Below, one piece after another: positions 9,808-18,961 of a stretch of 64,000 nt of DNA. The notes under the pieces were generated by a model. The model worked only from the letters and a program-made list of their open reading frames with translations. It was not told the origin of the DNA and did not search any database. Numbering within the stretch: position 1 is the stretch's first letter; every line of letters begins with the position of its first letter. The translations under genes were made by a program, and so were the position numbers. Location: IMG/VR virus record IMGVR_UViG_3300021088_000001, positions 13,272 through 77,271 of that record; one strand, written 5' to 3'. The stretch is from a virus.

Positions 9808-11451
9808 ATGCGAATAATTCGTCCTATTGATGTCATTGATACGGGTTCATTTACACGAGCATCAGCAGCAAGGTATTTCGACAGTCTTGGTGTTATACAA
9901 TCAGCAACAACAGATACACCTAGGTTTGGGTACAATCCTGCGAATCTTGCCGCTGGCCCGACACTACTACAAGAAGCTGCAGCTACGAATCTTCTGCTAC
10001 GCAGTCAAACATTTGATAATGCTGCTTGGGCTAAGACTCATGCAACAGCTACAGCAGCATCTACATCAGCTCCAGATGGTACAACCACTGGAGAATTATT
10101 AGCTGAAGACAACACAACTAATGTGCACACAGTTGATCAAGCTGCAGGAAGTCAAGCGGCTGGAACATACACTTTCAGCTTTTATGCTAAGGCAAGCACA
10201 AGAAGTCAGATTTTAGCGCAACAAACAGCCACCACTACATACGGTGGAGTGTTTGATCTGGTGGCATTAACTTTCACACCAACTGCTGGCGGCGCTACTG
10301 GAACTCTAACAGCTATTGCTGTCACAGGGTGGTATTTATGTGCAATGACATTTACTACTGTCGCTACCATCACTCTAGATATGTCCCTCGGGCTGTACAA
10401 TGGTGCAGCTTCTTACGCAGGCGACGGAGTTAGTGGCCTATATATTTGGGGCAGTCAACTAGAAACAGGAAGTGTTGCCACAAGTTATATTGTAACCACC
10501 TCTGCCACAGTGGCTAGAGCTGCAGATGTGAACACAGAGATGTTTGTCTCTAATGTACCAGAGACTGATTATGCTTTGTATAATGCAGGAACAACTTATG
10601 CGTTAGGGGATTTCGTTCTTTCTCTGACAGCGCCAACAGCACATAACATTTACCAATCTGCTGCAGCGAGTAACACTGGTAATGCCCTTACAAACACAGC
10701 TAAGTGGACGTTAGTAAGTTCTGATAATAGATGGAAGTTATTTGACAATGTTGTATCGAATCAAAGCACACAAGCTACCAGTATCTGTGCTGCTATAACT
10801 CCAGTGAACTCTGTCCTAGAGAGATTTGATTCTGTTGCAGGATTCAATTGCTCTGCTACCTCAGTCACTGTGAACATGGTTGACCCTACATACGGTAATG
10901 TTTATAGCAATACAGTGTCAATGGTGTCTACTTCAGGTATCACGGATTGGTTTGCATATTATTTCGAACCTATTGTATTCTTAGTGGACTTTGTTGTAGA
11001 AGATATGCCAATCACTTATCCACATTCAACAGTCACTGTGTGCTTCTCTGCACCATCTGGAACAGCAGAGTGTGGAGAGTTAGTACTCGGACTGTCTAAA
11101 GAGTTAGGATTCACAGAATACGGATCTACTTTCAGTATAACAGACTATAGTGTAAAAACACAAGATGTGTTTGGAAATTACAATATTGTTCCAAGAAGCT
11201 TTAGTAAGCGCGCTGAGTTTTATATTCAAGTGCCTAACACTTCTGTAGACTTCTTCCAGAATCTGCTTGCTACATACAGGAACACTCCAGTTGTGTATGT
11301 TGGATCTAACTCAACTGACAGCATCGCTGGAAGCAGCACTCCCCAACAATTCCAAGTGGCAGCTATTTATGGTTTCTGGAAAGACTTCACGACAACAATT
11401 GCTTACCCATTATATTCTCAGTGTGACCTACAAATTGAAGGACTAAATTAA
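9808..11451 (+). CDS. Tail tip/distal tail protein with inserted carbohydrate-binding-like domain
   Basis: Follows the tape measure; FTRAS..TPRF..ATNLLLRS..IWGSQLE insert; C-terminal DYSVKTQDVFGN..YGFWKDF domain. Confidence 0.65.
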   Translation: MRIIRPIDVIDTGSFTRASAARYFDSLGVIQSATTDTPRFGYNPANLAAGPTLLQEAAATNLLLRSQTFDNAAWAKTHATATAASTSAPDGTTTGELLAEDNTTNVHTVDQAAGSQAAGTYTFSFYAKASTRSQILAQQTATTTYGGVFDLVALTFTPTAGGATGTLTAIAVTGWYLCAMTFTTVATITLDMSLGLYNGAASYAGDGVSGLYIWGSQLETGSVATSYIVTTSATVARAADVNTEMFVSNVPETDYALYNAGTTYALGDFVLSLTAPTAHNIYQSAAASNTGNALTNTAKWTLVSSDNRWKLFDNVVSNQSTQATSICAAITPVNSVLERFDSVAGFNCSATSVTVNMVDPTYGNVYSNTVSMVSTSGITDWFAYYFEPIVFLVDFVVEDMPITYPHSTVTVCFSAPSGTAECGELVLGLSKELGFTEYGSTFSITDYSVKTQDVFGNYNIVPRSFSKRAEFYIQVPNTSVDFFQNLLATYRNTPVVYVGSNSTDSIAGSSTPQQFQVAAIYGFWKDFTTTIAYPLYSQCDLQIEGLN

Positions 11452-12869
11452 TGACAACTATAACACAGGTTATCGCTGCACTACCAACCGCCCCTAATAG
11501 AAGTATGGTGGCTACAGTGTATGTGCCAACTGCTGATGCATGGGTAGCTGCGTTACCTACATTTGGCACACAGATGAATACAGTGGCTACCCAGATGAAC
11601 ACAGTGGCAGGGGAGGTTAGCACAAATGCTACGAATGCTGCAGCAAGTGCCACTGCTGCTGCTACGAGTGCTAGTGCTGCTGCAGCTTCTGCCACTGCTG
11701 CTTTGTCTACAGCAAATGCTACAATCTGGGCTGGAGCTACAGCATACACAGCAGGACAAAATGTAATTAGTCCAATAACCTATGGGACTTACCGCAGGCT
11801 AATCAGTGGTACAACTGCTACAGATCCTTCGGCAGACACTACAAATTGGCTACTAGTTAGTTTACCATCTCCTGCGAGTCATACGAATCAGTTCTTACAG
11901 AGCACTGGAACAAGCTATCAATGGGCTTCTACTATAGGGCTGCCAACTGCACAAGGAAGACTTACACTCACGACGCTTACACCGATCATGGTAGCAGACG
12001 CCACTGCACAATCCACAGTATACTACACTCCATACATTGGAAATGAATTTCAATTATATAATGGTACTGCTTTTGTTAGCACTGTATTTGCAGAGACATC
12101 TCTTGCGCTTGACAGTAATGCAGGACATACAAACTATCATCAATCTGGTAAGCTGTTTGATTTGTATATGTATAGTGACAGTGGTACAATTAGACTTGGT
12201 ACAGGCCCTGCTTGGACATCTAGCACAGCTCGTGGCACTGGCGCAGGAACAACAGAATTGCAGATGCTGCTAGGAATCTGGACTAATAAGAATTCCATTA
12301 CACTGCGCTTCGGAAGCGTATCAGGTAATACAACTGTTGTTGCGGCCAATCAAGCTACATATGTTGGTACGATGTATGCCACAGCAGACGGACAAACAGG
12401 AATGGCATTTAAGCCTGCTGGAGTTAGCAGTGGTAATAGTTGCTTTCTAGGTTTATACAATTCATATAACAGAGTCAAGACTGTATCAGTCTGCACAGAC
12501 AGTAGTGCTTGGTCTTATACCACAAATACTTGGCGCAGTGCGCACGGAAGCAGCTCAAACAGGATTTCATTTGTAGATGGGCTTGCACAATCTCCTATTG
12601 TATCTAAATACGTTACTACTGCCACAGGTTCAAGTGGCGCAGCTAAAGGGATAGGATTAAATTTTGACAGCACTTCTGCCACTCCTTTATATGTAGGTGG
12701 TACTGTCGATTCCAGCGGTTCAGGTCCATCAGTATCCGCCGAAGAATTTTTTCAAGCTTCATTAGGATTACATTATATCCAAGCAATGGAAGTTGGTGCC
12801 GCTGGAGGCGCATTTGGTACAGTTGCAAATATAGCACTTTCAAATATAAGTATCTCCCTAGACATGTAA
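11451..12869 (+). CDS. Tail fibre/receptor-binding protein
   Basis: N-terminal LPTAPNR anchor, Ala-rich coiled coil, then QGRLTLTT beta domain. Confidence 0.7.
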   Translation: MTTITQVIAALPTAPNRSMVATVYVPTADAWVAALPTFGTQMNTVATQMNTVAGEVSTNATNAAASATAAATSASAAAASATAALSTANATIWAGATAYTAGQNVISPITYGTYRRLISGTTATDPSADTTNWLLVSLPSPASHTNQFLQSTGTSYQWASTIGLPTAQGRLTLTTLTPIMVADATAQSTVYYTPYIGNEFQLYNGTAFVSTVFAETSLALDSNAGHTNYHQSGKLFDLYMYSDSGTIRLGTGPAWTSSTARGTGAGTTELQMLLGIWTNKNSITLRFGSVSGNTTVVAANQATYVGTMYATADGQTGMAFKPAGVSSGNSCFLGLYNSYNRVKTVSVCTDSSAWSYTTNTWRSAHGSSSNRISFVDGLAQSPIVSKYVTTATGSSGAAKGIGLNFDSTSATPLYVGGTVDSSGSGPSVSAEEFFQASLGLHYIQAMEVGAAGGAFGTVANIALSNISISLDM

Positions 12870-12902
12870 TAATTTATCAACCCTTAACATAAGGAAAACA
12901 AA

Positions 12903-13022
12903 ATGAAGTTAACACTAGACACAGGTGGCGGTCATATTCCAACAGGGCATGCTCCAGTACTTCCAGTAGAACCTCCAGTAAAACCTCTCAAACCAGAAGA
13001 TCTGGAAAACACTGAAGACTAA
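12903..13022 (+). CDS. 39-aa Gly/Pro-rich peptide (not in ORF track)
   Basis: AAGGAAAACAAAATG start; MKLTLDTGGGHIPTGHAPVLPVEPPVKPLKPEDLENTED; stop abuts the next ATG. Confidence 0.65.
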   Translation: MKLTLDTGGGHIPTGHAPVLPVEPPVKPLKPEDLENTED

Positions 13023-13448
13023 ATGCTTCTTGCCTACATATTGTTGGCAATAGCACTTGCCCTAACTATATGGGATAGGAATTCTCTGCTGCTCACACTT
13101 GCTGTGGGCTGTAGTTATTTCCTCCCTGTGGAGCTTATCACATCTAGGCCGTTGTGGGTAGCGGCTTGTATTGTATCTGAACTCACTGTGCTTTCTATTG
13201 CTTTGTACTTACAGACACAAGCAACTAAAGCTGTCGGATGCATGTGCGGACTTCTAGTCCTGTGCCATTTACTTGGATGGTATTTTAGTGGATTTGACAC
13301 TAGTACTTATGCGAGTATTGTGTATCAAACGATTGAACCATATCTAGAGTATATGGAGATATTGGCATGTATAGTGTTTTCTAAACCAGTGATTGATAAA
13401 ATATTTAAGGGGACAAAATGTCTACTGAAGTTTGGGTTTGGTGTCTAA
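13023..13448 (+). CDS. Multipass membrane protein of unknown function
   Basis: 4-5 hydrophobic segments in 141 aa. Confidence 0.7.
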   Translation: MLLAYILLAIALALTIWDRNSLLLTLAVGCSYFLPVELITSRPLWVAACIVSELTVLSIALYLQTQATKAVGCMCGLLVLCHLLGWYFSGFDTSTYASIVYQTIEPYLEYMEILACIVFSKPVIDKIFKGTKCLLKFGFGV

Positions 13449-13774
13449 CAGGAGTAATGTCACTTGTGACAGTTTTAAGCGCCACCATTTGGAAGATGTT
13501 ACGAGACGAATCTAAGAAGCAAGCAGAAGCTATTGAAAAGAAAGCCGACCAAGAGAGATTGCACGAAGTAGAGGGCAGATGGAGAGAAGAACTTAACACT
13601 GTGCGAGAGAATCATAAAGAACTCCTCGTGAATCAAGACAGACGACACGAGCGTGATCTAGATCAAATGTCAATTCGCCTCGGGGACCAAATAAGAAATT
13701 CTGAATCAAATATTTTGGCACAAATCAAGCTGATGATAGAAGTCTTGAAGCCATCAAATAAGTTCAATCAATAA
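13418..13774 (+). CDS. Holin/antiholin-like protein (one TM plus coiled coil)
   Basis: N-terminal TM, charged helical tail, directly upstream of the endolysin. Confidence 0.55.
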   Translation: MSTEVWVWCLTGVMSLVTVLSATIWKMLRDESKKQAEAIEKKADQERLHEVEGRWREELNTVRENHKELLVNQDRRHERDLDQMSIRLGDQIRNSESNILAQIKLMIEVLKPSNKFNQ

Positions 13775-13798
13775 CAAGCTTGCCCACGGAGAAACAAT

Positions 13799-14320
13799 AT
13801 GACAGAAGAACAATTGAAACAGATTTATAAATATGCAAGTGATATTACCATTAGTACCTTCTACGATTCATTTTGTGCGGCTATGGCTGAGTTTGAAATT
13901 AACACACCACTTAGACAAGCTGCATTCGTGGCTCAAGTCGGCCATGAGTCAGGTGAATTTAGATACACGATAGAATTGGCATCAGGAAATGACTACGAGG
14001 GAAGAAAAGATTTAGGAAATATATATCCGGGAGATGGGATTAGGTTTAAAGGAAGAGGTCTTATCCAGATTACTGGAAGAGCTAATTATGCAGAAGTTGG
14101 AAAAGCATTAGATATTGACTGTGTAAATAACCCACATCTATTGCAAGCTCCAGTATGCGCATGCAGATCTGCCGGTTATTTCTGGAAGAAGCACGGACTC
14201 AACGAATTAGCCGATGCAGAGGAATTTATCTCTATCACTAAACGAATTAATGGTGGAACTACAGGAGAAGCAGAGAGGGAACAGATTTACATGTTAGCCA
14301 AAGCTGTTTTAAATGCATGA
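13799..14320 (+). CDS. Endolysin, glycoside hydrolase family 19
   Basis: AQVGHESG..YEGRKDLGN..GDG.RFKGRGLIQITGRANY..TKRINGG. Confidence 0.93.
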   Translation: MTEEQLKQIYKYASDITISTFYDSFCAAMAEFEINTPLRQAAFVAQVGHESGEFRYTIELASGNDYEGRKDLGNIYPGDGIRFKGRGLIQITGRANYAEVGKALDIDCVNNPHLLQAPVCACRSAGYFWKKHGLNELADAEEFISITKRINGGTTGEAEREQIYMLAKAVLNA

Positions 14321-14586
14321 AGCTCCTACATAGAGTACTGAAAGATCTTTCAACAGGAGTTGATGGAGAGACATATGATCCGGGCAGAGTAGTTGGGTAT
14401 AGTCTATGCATTCTAGGAGTAGTGGGATTTATTTTCTGTGAAACATGGACAGCAATGCATGGCACAGCATTTAGTGCTGAAGGCTTCGGAATAGGCTTTG
14501 GAGCCTTAATGACAAGCTTCTTGTCGGTAGCAGGCGGATTGAAATTAAAAGAATCTATGGAGCCTGTAGAACAAAAGGAGAAATAA
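14317..14586 (+). CDS. Holin-like two-TM protein
   Basis: Two hydrophobic segments, charged C-terminus; lies between endolysin and spanins. Confidence 0.6.
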   Translation: MKLLHRVLKDLSTGVDGETYDPGRVVGYSLCILGVVGFIFCETWTAMHGTAFSAEGFGIGFGALMTSFLSVAGGLKLKESMEPVEQKEK

Positions 14587-14587
14587 A

Positions 14588-15097
14588 ATGAACCCATTAG
14601 CAATTAAGGGTATAGCAACATTACTGTTTGTATTAGCAATATTCATGGCAGGGCATCATCAGGGAGCTAAGTCAGTTCAAGGTGAATGGGATGCAGCGAA
14701 AGTAGTTCAACTAGCTGAAACAAATAAAATCATAGCAGACAATGCTGCACGAGTTGAACAGTTACAACAGGCTTACACGGAAACTAATAGAAAGGTATCA
14801 AATGATTACCAAACAGAGAAATCTAAGATCGAGGCTGAGCGCGATGCTGCCATTACTAATTCTAGTAAGCCTACTCAGCGCCTGTACATCACAGCAGCTT
14901 GTGGTAAAGCCCCTGCCAGTGGACCCAAAGCCGCAAGTATCAGCGGACCTGATGCAACCGCTTCCAGCACCATCGCACTTCCTCAGCAAACTTCAGACGA
15001 TCTTTTCCGACTCGCAGCCGAAGCAGACGAAGTAGTTGCTCAAGCTAAAGCTCTCCAAGAGTGGATTAAAGATAATGGGTTTTATACTACAAAGTGA
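14588..15097 (+). CDS. Rz: Inner-membrane spanin (Rz-like)
   Basis: N-terminal TM, coiled coil, RLAAEADEVVAQAKALQEW. Confidence 0.85.
   Translation: MNPLAIKGIATLLFVLAIFMAGHHQGAKSVQGEWDAAKVVQLAETNKIIADNAARVEQLQQAYTETNRKVSNDYQTEKSKIEAERDAAITNSSKPTQRLYITAACGKAPASGPKAASISGPDATASSTIALPQQTSDDLFRLAAEADEVVAQAKALQEWIKDNGFYTTK
14844..15035 (+). CDS. Rz1: Outer-membrane lipoprotein spanin (Rz1-like) embedded in Rz
   Basis: MLPLLILVSLLSAC lipobox then Pro-rich tail, in the +1 frame inside Rz. Confidence 0.85.
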   Translation: MLPLLILVSLLSACTSQQLVVKPLPVDPKPQVSADLMQPLPAPSHFLSKLQTIFSDSQPKQTK

Positions 15098-15191
15098 TTG
15101 CATCGAGTATAATGCAAATACACATAAATACCTAAAAGTGCACTATATACACTGCATTTAAGCAGGTTACAGGTTTTCCCGTGGTAAGCTT

Positions 15192-15221
15192 GCCTCTCCG
15201 TTTTAAGGGAGAGGCTTTTTT
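15192..15221 (+). terminator. Rho-independent terminator ending the lysis operon
   Basis: GCCTCTCC..GGAGAGGC TTTTTT. Confidence 0.85.
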
Positions 15222-15253
15222 ACGTCCGTACTCTACGGAGTGCCTATCCTCTC

Positions 15254-15342
15254 ATGTCAGCCACTCATGACATTGCGACAAGTTTAATCAGGTGAGATAA
15301 TCCTTATAGCACAGAGCATATTACAAGTATGACCTCTCGTGC
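15254..15342 (+). promoter_or_regulatory. Palindrome, promoter and 5-prime hairpin for the glycine-zipper gene
   Basis: ATGTCA-N8-TGACAT; TTGCGA-17-GATAAT; hairpin GCACAGAGCATAT..GTATGACCTCTCGTGC. Confidence 0.5.
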
Positions 15343-15365
15343 AGAAATAAATTTCAATAAGGAGA

Positions 15366-16475
15366 ATGCTTATGGATGAACCCATAACATTGCAACAACA
15401 CGAGGATAATTCAATTTCTCGTGCTGCAGATTTATCAAATCAAATTAAACAAATGACAAAGGATGGTAAAATGACTACTGTAGCAGATGGTACACCTGTG
15501 AACATTTTTCACAGCGGATTGGGCGGTGGTGGCGCTGTGGGCGCTGGTATGGGTGCAGGTTTGGGCGCTGGCGTCTTGGGTGGCGTGTTGGGCGGTGCGC
15601 TGATGGGCCGCAGAGGCTTGTTTGGTGGGGATGGTGTAGATGGAGTTGTTGCACCAGTTGTGACTCCTGCATTCCTATCTTCGGAACTTAATCGTATTCA
15701 GGAAAATCAAAATGCCACTATTGCAGCTTCTGAACGCCTTAATATGGCGCGTTTTGACGCAGATGCTCAGCGTTCTATTGAAGCCGCTATTGAGCGCACT
15801 GCCGCAGCAACTCAATTGGCTCAAGCAGTTGGTAATGCCGCAATCGGTGTAGAGGTAGCTAAAAATGCTGGCGAATTAAATACTCAAGCAGCTTTGAATG
15901 CTGCGGCATTGGGTGTTCAAGTTCAGAAAACTGCTGGTGATACACAAACTCAAATTGCAACTCAAACTGCAGCATTGGGTGTGCAAGCTGAGAAGACAGC
16001 AGCAGCAAATGCTTTGGCTACAGCGATGGCTCTGAAGGATTCTGTCATCATCGCTGATGCACATCATGCTTCTACTGCGTCGCATATTGCAGAGAGTAAG
16101 TACGCTCTGTCAAATGCGATTAAAGCTGATGGAGATTTGACTCGTGCACTGATCATCAAGAACAATGATGATGAGCTGAACCGTAGATTAGTGATACAAG
16201 CAAATGAAATTACAGAACTTCGCAACGAGGGCCGTAGACGTGCTGACAATGATGGATTGCGTCTAGAGATTAATAACGTGAATACTGCTGTGGCAAGTCA
16301 AGCTCAAGCACAGGCAATGCAGCAACAGCAACAACAGTTAAATGTTCTGAATCAATTGGCTACAGGTATTAACACACTTGTCAGTCAAAATCAAGTTGTG
16401 CACAATGGAATCGTCAATTTAGGTTCCATGATTGCATCTGGTAATCCTACAAGCGCTAACACTCGTGTAATGTAA
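15366..16475 (+). CDS. Glycine-zipper, Ala/Gln-rich coiled-coil protein of unknown function
   Basis: AAGGAG RBS; GxxxG run; 22-aa internal repeats; own terminator. Confidence 0.8.
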   Translation: MLMDEPITLQQHEDNSISRAADLSNQIKQMTKDGKMTTVADGTPVNIFHSGLGGGGAVGAGMGAGLGAGVLGGVLGGALMGRRGLFGGDGVDGVVAPVVTPAFLSSELNRIQENQNATIAASERLNMARFDADAQRSIEAAIERTAAATQLAQAVGNAAIGVEVAKNAGELNTQAALNAAALGVQVQKTAGDTQTQIATQTAALGVQAEKTAAANALATAMALKDSVIIADAHHASTASHIAESKYALSNAIKADGDLTRALIIKNNDDELNRRLVIQANEITELRNEGRRRADNDGLRLEINNVNTAVASQAQAQAMQQQQQQLNVLNQLATGINTLVSQNQVVHNGIVNLGSMIASGNPTSANTRVM

Positions 16476-16489
16476 AAGTAATAGGCAAT

Positions 16490-16520
16490 AAAAAGCCCAC
16501 CTTCTAGGTGGGCTTTATTT
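16490..16520. terminator. Bidirectional terminator at the convergence of the + and - arms
   Basis: AAAAAGCCCACCT..AGGTGGGCTTT. Confidence 0.85.
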
Positions 16521-17013
16521 AGCCGTAATTTGCAAATTCTCCATGTAATTCTGCACGAAGCTTATTTATAGCTTTTTCAGCATCTGATAAATCTATGAAG
16601 AAACCTGCACTATACAACTTCTTATCTTTGTGGATATATGTATCCCATTTGCCACCTTTGGCATTCCAGCAGACTCCCTTGATTCCACTAGAGTTATTGC
16701 AATTCAATTTTCTATTTCTCTGATTCTGAAACTTAGAGGCTAATCTTAAATTACAGAATCTGTTATCATTTCGTATTCCATTAACATGGTCAATCTCCAT
16801 TTTACTTGCTGGCATTGCTCCTGTCATATAAAGCCATGCTAACCTGTGTGCAGGATAATCTCTATTAAGAACTTTTATTACATGGTATCCTTGGACACTT
16901 ACCCACCCTACAGGTAACCCAATACGTGCAGCAGTTGGTGACCAAATCCTTTTAAATTCACCTGTCTCTGGATCATACTCTAAAACTTTCTTTACTGTTT
17001 CTTGCGTTAACAT
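16519..17013 (-). CDS. HNH endonuclease with AP2-like DNA-binding domain
   Basis: YDPETGEF; AHRLAWLYMTG..IDHVNGIRNDNRFCNLR..NSSGIKGV. Confidence 0.92.
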   Translation of the reverse strand: MLTQETVKKVLEYDPETGEFKRIWSPTAARIGLPVGWVSVQGYHVIKVLNRDYPAHRLAWLYMTGAMPASKMEIDHVNGIRNDNRFCNLRLASKFQNQRNRKLNCNNSSGIKGVCWNAKGGKWDTYIHKDKKLYSAGFFIDLSDAEKAINKLRAELHGEFANYG

Positions 17014-17101
17014 TTCTTTTCCTTGTCTTTAGATGTCATAATAAAATACGTGGAAGCCATTGACAAGATGGTGTTCAGATGCCTCCTATCCACGTATCAT
17101 T

Positions 17102-17130
17102 ATTATACACCAAACAGACAACTAAGTCAA
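17102..17130 (-). promoter_or_regulatory. Sigma70 promoter for the HNH gene
   Basis: TTGACT-17-TATAAT on the minus strand. Confidence 0.8.
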
Positions 17131-17271
17131 TGCACATAAATTATTAGATAACAGAGTTACCATTAAATAGCAAAATGCACTATAACCAGCACTACAGTAT
17201 CCAATAATCTTTTACAATTCCCCACATACAACTATATGTATGGGAGAAAGCCTAGCAAGAGCTAAGCGAGA

Positions 17272-17308
17272 GAAGCCCCAACTTTGGAAGTTGGGGCTTT
17301 TTCTTTTT
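17272..17308. terminator. Terminator hairpin
   Basis: AAGCCCCAACTT..AAGTTGGGGCTTTTT. Confidence 0.75.
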
Positions 17309-17340
17309 ATAGGCTATACATTATAATTACCATTTATAAC

Positions 17341-17556
17341 TTATGCCTTATAAGCACTCTGTAACTTCTTAACGTCCGTTGTATGGTCGTAGAATGCAGT
17401 GAGGAATGTTTGCAATGCTTGCTGTCCTGCTACAGACTTAATAAATATTGGAGCATGTTCTACATTCTCATGTAGCCACTTCTTCTGCGGATCTCCAAGC
17501 ACATTCATGAAAGCTTCTGCTGTCGGAATGTATTTTTGTAATGCTAGTAGATTCAA
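17341..17556 (-). CDS. Hypothetical protein
   Basis: ORF coupled to the upstream gene. Confidence 0.55.
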   Translation of the reverse strand: MNLLALQKYIPTAEAFMNVLGDPQKKWLHENVEHAPIFIKSVAGQQALQTFLTAFYDHTTDVKKLQSAYKA

Positions 17557-17751
17557 TTAAGCCTCCTTGATGACCAGATACCGTGAACTCGTGATATAAC
17601 AATCATCCCCTGTCATACATGTTGGATAGTCTAGATTAGTTGTTTTAACCAAAGTATCTGGACTTCCTGTAGGATAACCTTTTTCCCAAGTTTCTACTAC
17701 AACTTTGTAATTTGCATTGTCCGCATTCTCTACTCGAATTTTCTTTGTCAT
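17557..17751 (-). CDS. Hypothetical protein
   Basis: AAGGA RBS; ORF directly after the tRNA. Confidence 0.65.
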   Translation of the reverse strand: MTKKIRVENADNANYKVVVETWEKGYPTGSPDTLVKTTNLDYPTCMTGDDCYITSSRYLVIKEA

Positions 17752-17767
17752 AATTTCCTTTTTAAAT

Positions 17768-17853
17768 TGGTGCCTGAGAAGGGACTCGAACCCTTACGCC
17801 CATACGGACAACAGATTTTAAGTCTGTTCTGTCTACCATTCCACCACTCAGGC
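17768..17853 (-). tRNA. tRNA-Leu(UAA)
   Basis: GCCTGAG acceptor; ACAGA-CTTAAAA-TCTGT anticodon arm; long variable arm; TTCGA; encoded CCA. Confidence 0.95.
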
Positions 17854-17861
17854 TTTGTTAG

Positions 17862-18113
17862 TTAATAGTGCATGTTGCTTGCAACTTCAATCAAAGGCTT
17901 CTCAGCCTTCTTTACAGCCTCTTGAAGTCCACAATCAACAGCGATGGTGTTCCCATGCTGGCTAATCTTCTTAATGCTCAGCAGAGTGGTTTCTGAGCCT
18001 TCTGTGTCAGCTATAATCCCCACTTTGACATCTGAGAGGACAATTCCTTCATTACGAATGTCTCGAAGATAGTTTAGTAGATCTTGTGCTGTGGCACCTG
18101 TATGTTTAGTCAT
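17862..18113 (-). CDS. Hypothetical protein
   Basis: Tightly packed ORF in operon. Confidence 0.6.
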   Translation of the reverse strand: MTKHTGATAQDLLNYLRDIRNEGIVLSDVKVGIIADTEGSETTLLSIKKISQHGNTIAVDCGLQEAVKKAEKPLIEVASNMHY

Positions 18114-18403
18114 TATTTCGCCTCATAAACTATTGTTAGAATTTCTTTAGGCACAACTTCGTATACCTCGGGTGGGCAATAATTATAATCTGTGTGATAG
18201 CTACCACTACGTGCTTGAGATACAGCAAAATAGTTTCCATCTGAGTCTTTGTAGATGCTCTGACAGAATTCATATTTGCCATCAGAGGTATAGTTACCTT
18301 CCTCTACGCACAGCAAATCATCAGGAAGTTTATCTGGACTTACATGCCATTCACTATCATCAAATACACGATCTACAACATCTTTAACTTCATCTAGCTT
18401 CAT
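18113..18403 (-). CDS. Hypothetical acidic protein
   Basis: RSGSYHTDY motif common in small phage proteins; overlapping start/stop. Confidence 0.65.
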   Translation of the reverse strand: MKLDEVKDVVDRVFDDSEWHVSPDKLPDDLLCVEEGNYTSDGKYEFCQSIYKDSDGNYFAVSQARSGSYHTDYNYCPPEVYEVVPKEILTIVYEAK

Positions 18404-18813
18404 TTTAGCATCTCCTCAAGTGTGTCAAACTTCTCACCTTTGTCAATCACTTTCTCCACAGCATCTTCTTTGGCACGGGCAGTAAAGTAAGCTTTCAACT
18501 CTGCTGGCTTAAAATCACAAACCTTACTAGCAGCCTTAACCGCGAGTTTCAAATCCTCTTCCAATTCCTTAATCCGACGAATAATCTCTTGGCTACCCTC
18601 ATTAGAGTCCAAGAATAATTTCAAGTCAGCTTGAGAGTTGGACAAATTCTCTGATAACTCGATAGCCTTCTCGTTAGACTCTTTGAAATCTTTCAAGAGT
18701 TCTTTCTGATACAAAAGATCTCGAATCATAGGACCAATCTCTCGCGAGTATGCAAGCAATGCTTTACTGTCATTTGGCTTCTTATCTGGGGAATCAATTA
18801 CTGTTGCTGTCAT
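18400..18813 (-). CDS. Hypothetical helical protein
   Basis: GGAGG RBS; coiled-coil composition. Confidence 0.65.
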   Translation of the reverse strand: MTATVIDSPDKKPNDSKALLAYSREIGPMIRDLLYQKELLKDFKESNEKAIELSENLSNSQADLKLFLDSNEGSQEIIRRIKELEEDLKLAVKAASKVCDFKPAELKAYFTARAKEDAVEKVIDKGEKFDTLEEMLK

Positions 18814-18961
18814 TTAGTCCTCCATAATAACTACTAGATCTTGATCTATATCATTCTCAACACTATCCCAGAACTCGATATCTATATCACAGAGTTCATC
18901 ATTACTATTATACACCTGAACAATCGTTTCACCTGAGTATCCGTGAAGATGTTGTATTAAT

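Noticed and set aside
14742-14843. ORF-track start for the embedded spanin
   Set aside because: The lipoprotein signal begins at ATG 14844; the upstream extension is implausible
15138-15157. NtrC, LexA or dif site
   Set aside because: Half-site spacing and sequence do not match those consensus sites
15216-15227. TTTTTTACGTCC shared with 51564
   Set aside because: Both are terminator U-tails; two copies are too few to infer a separate function
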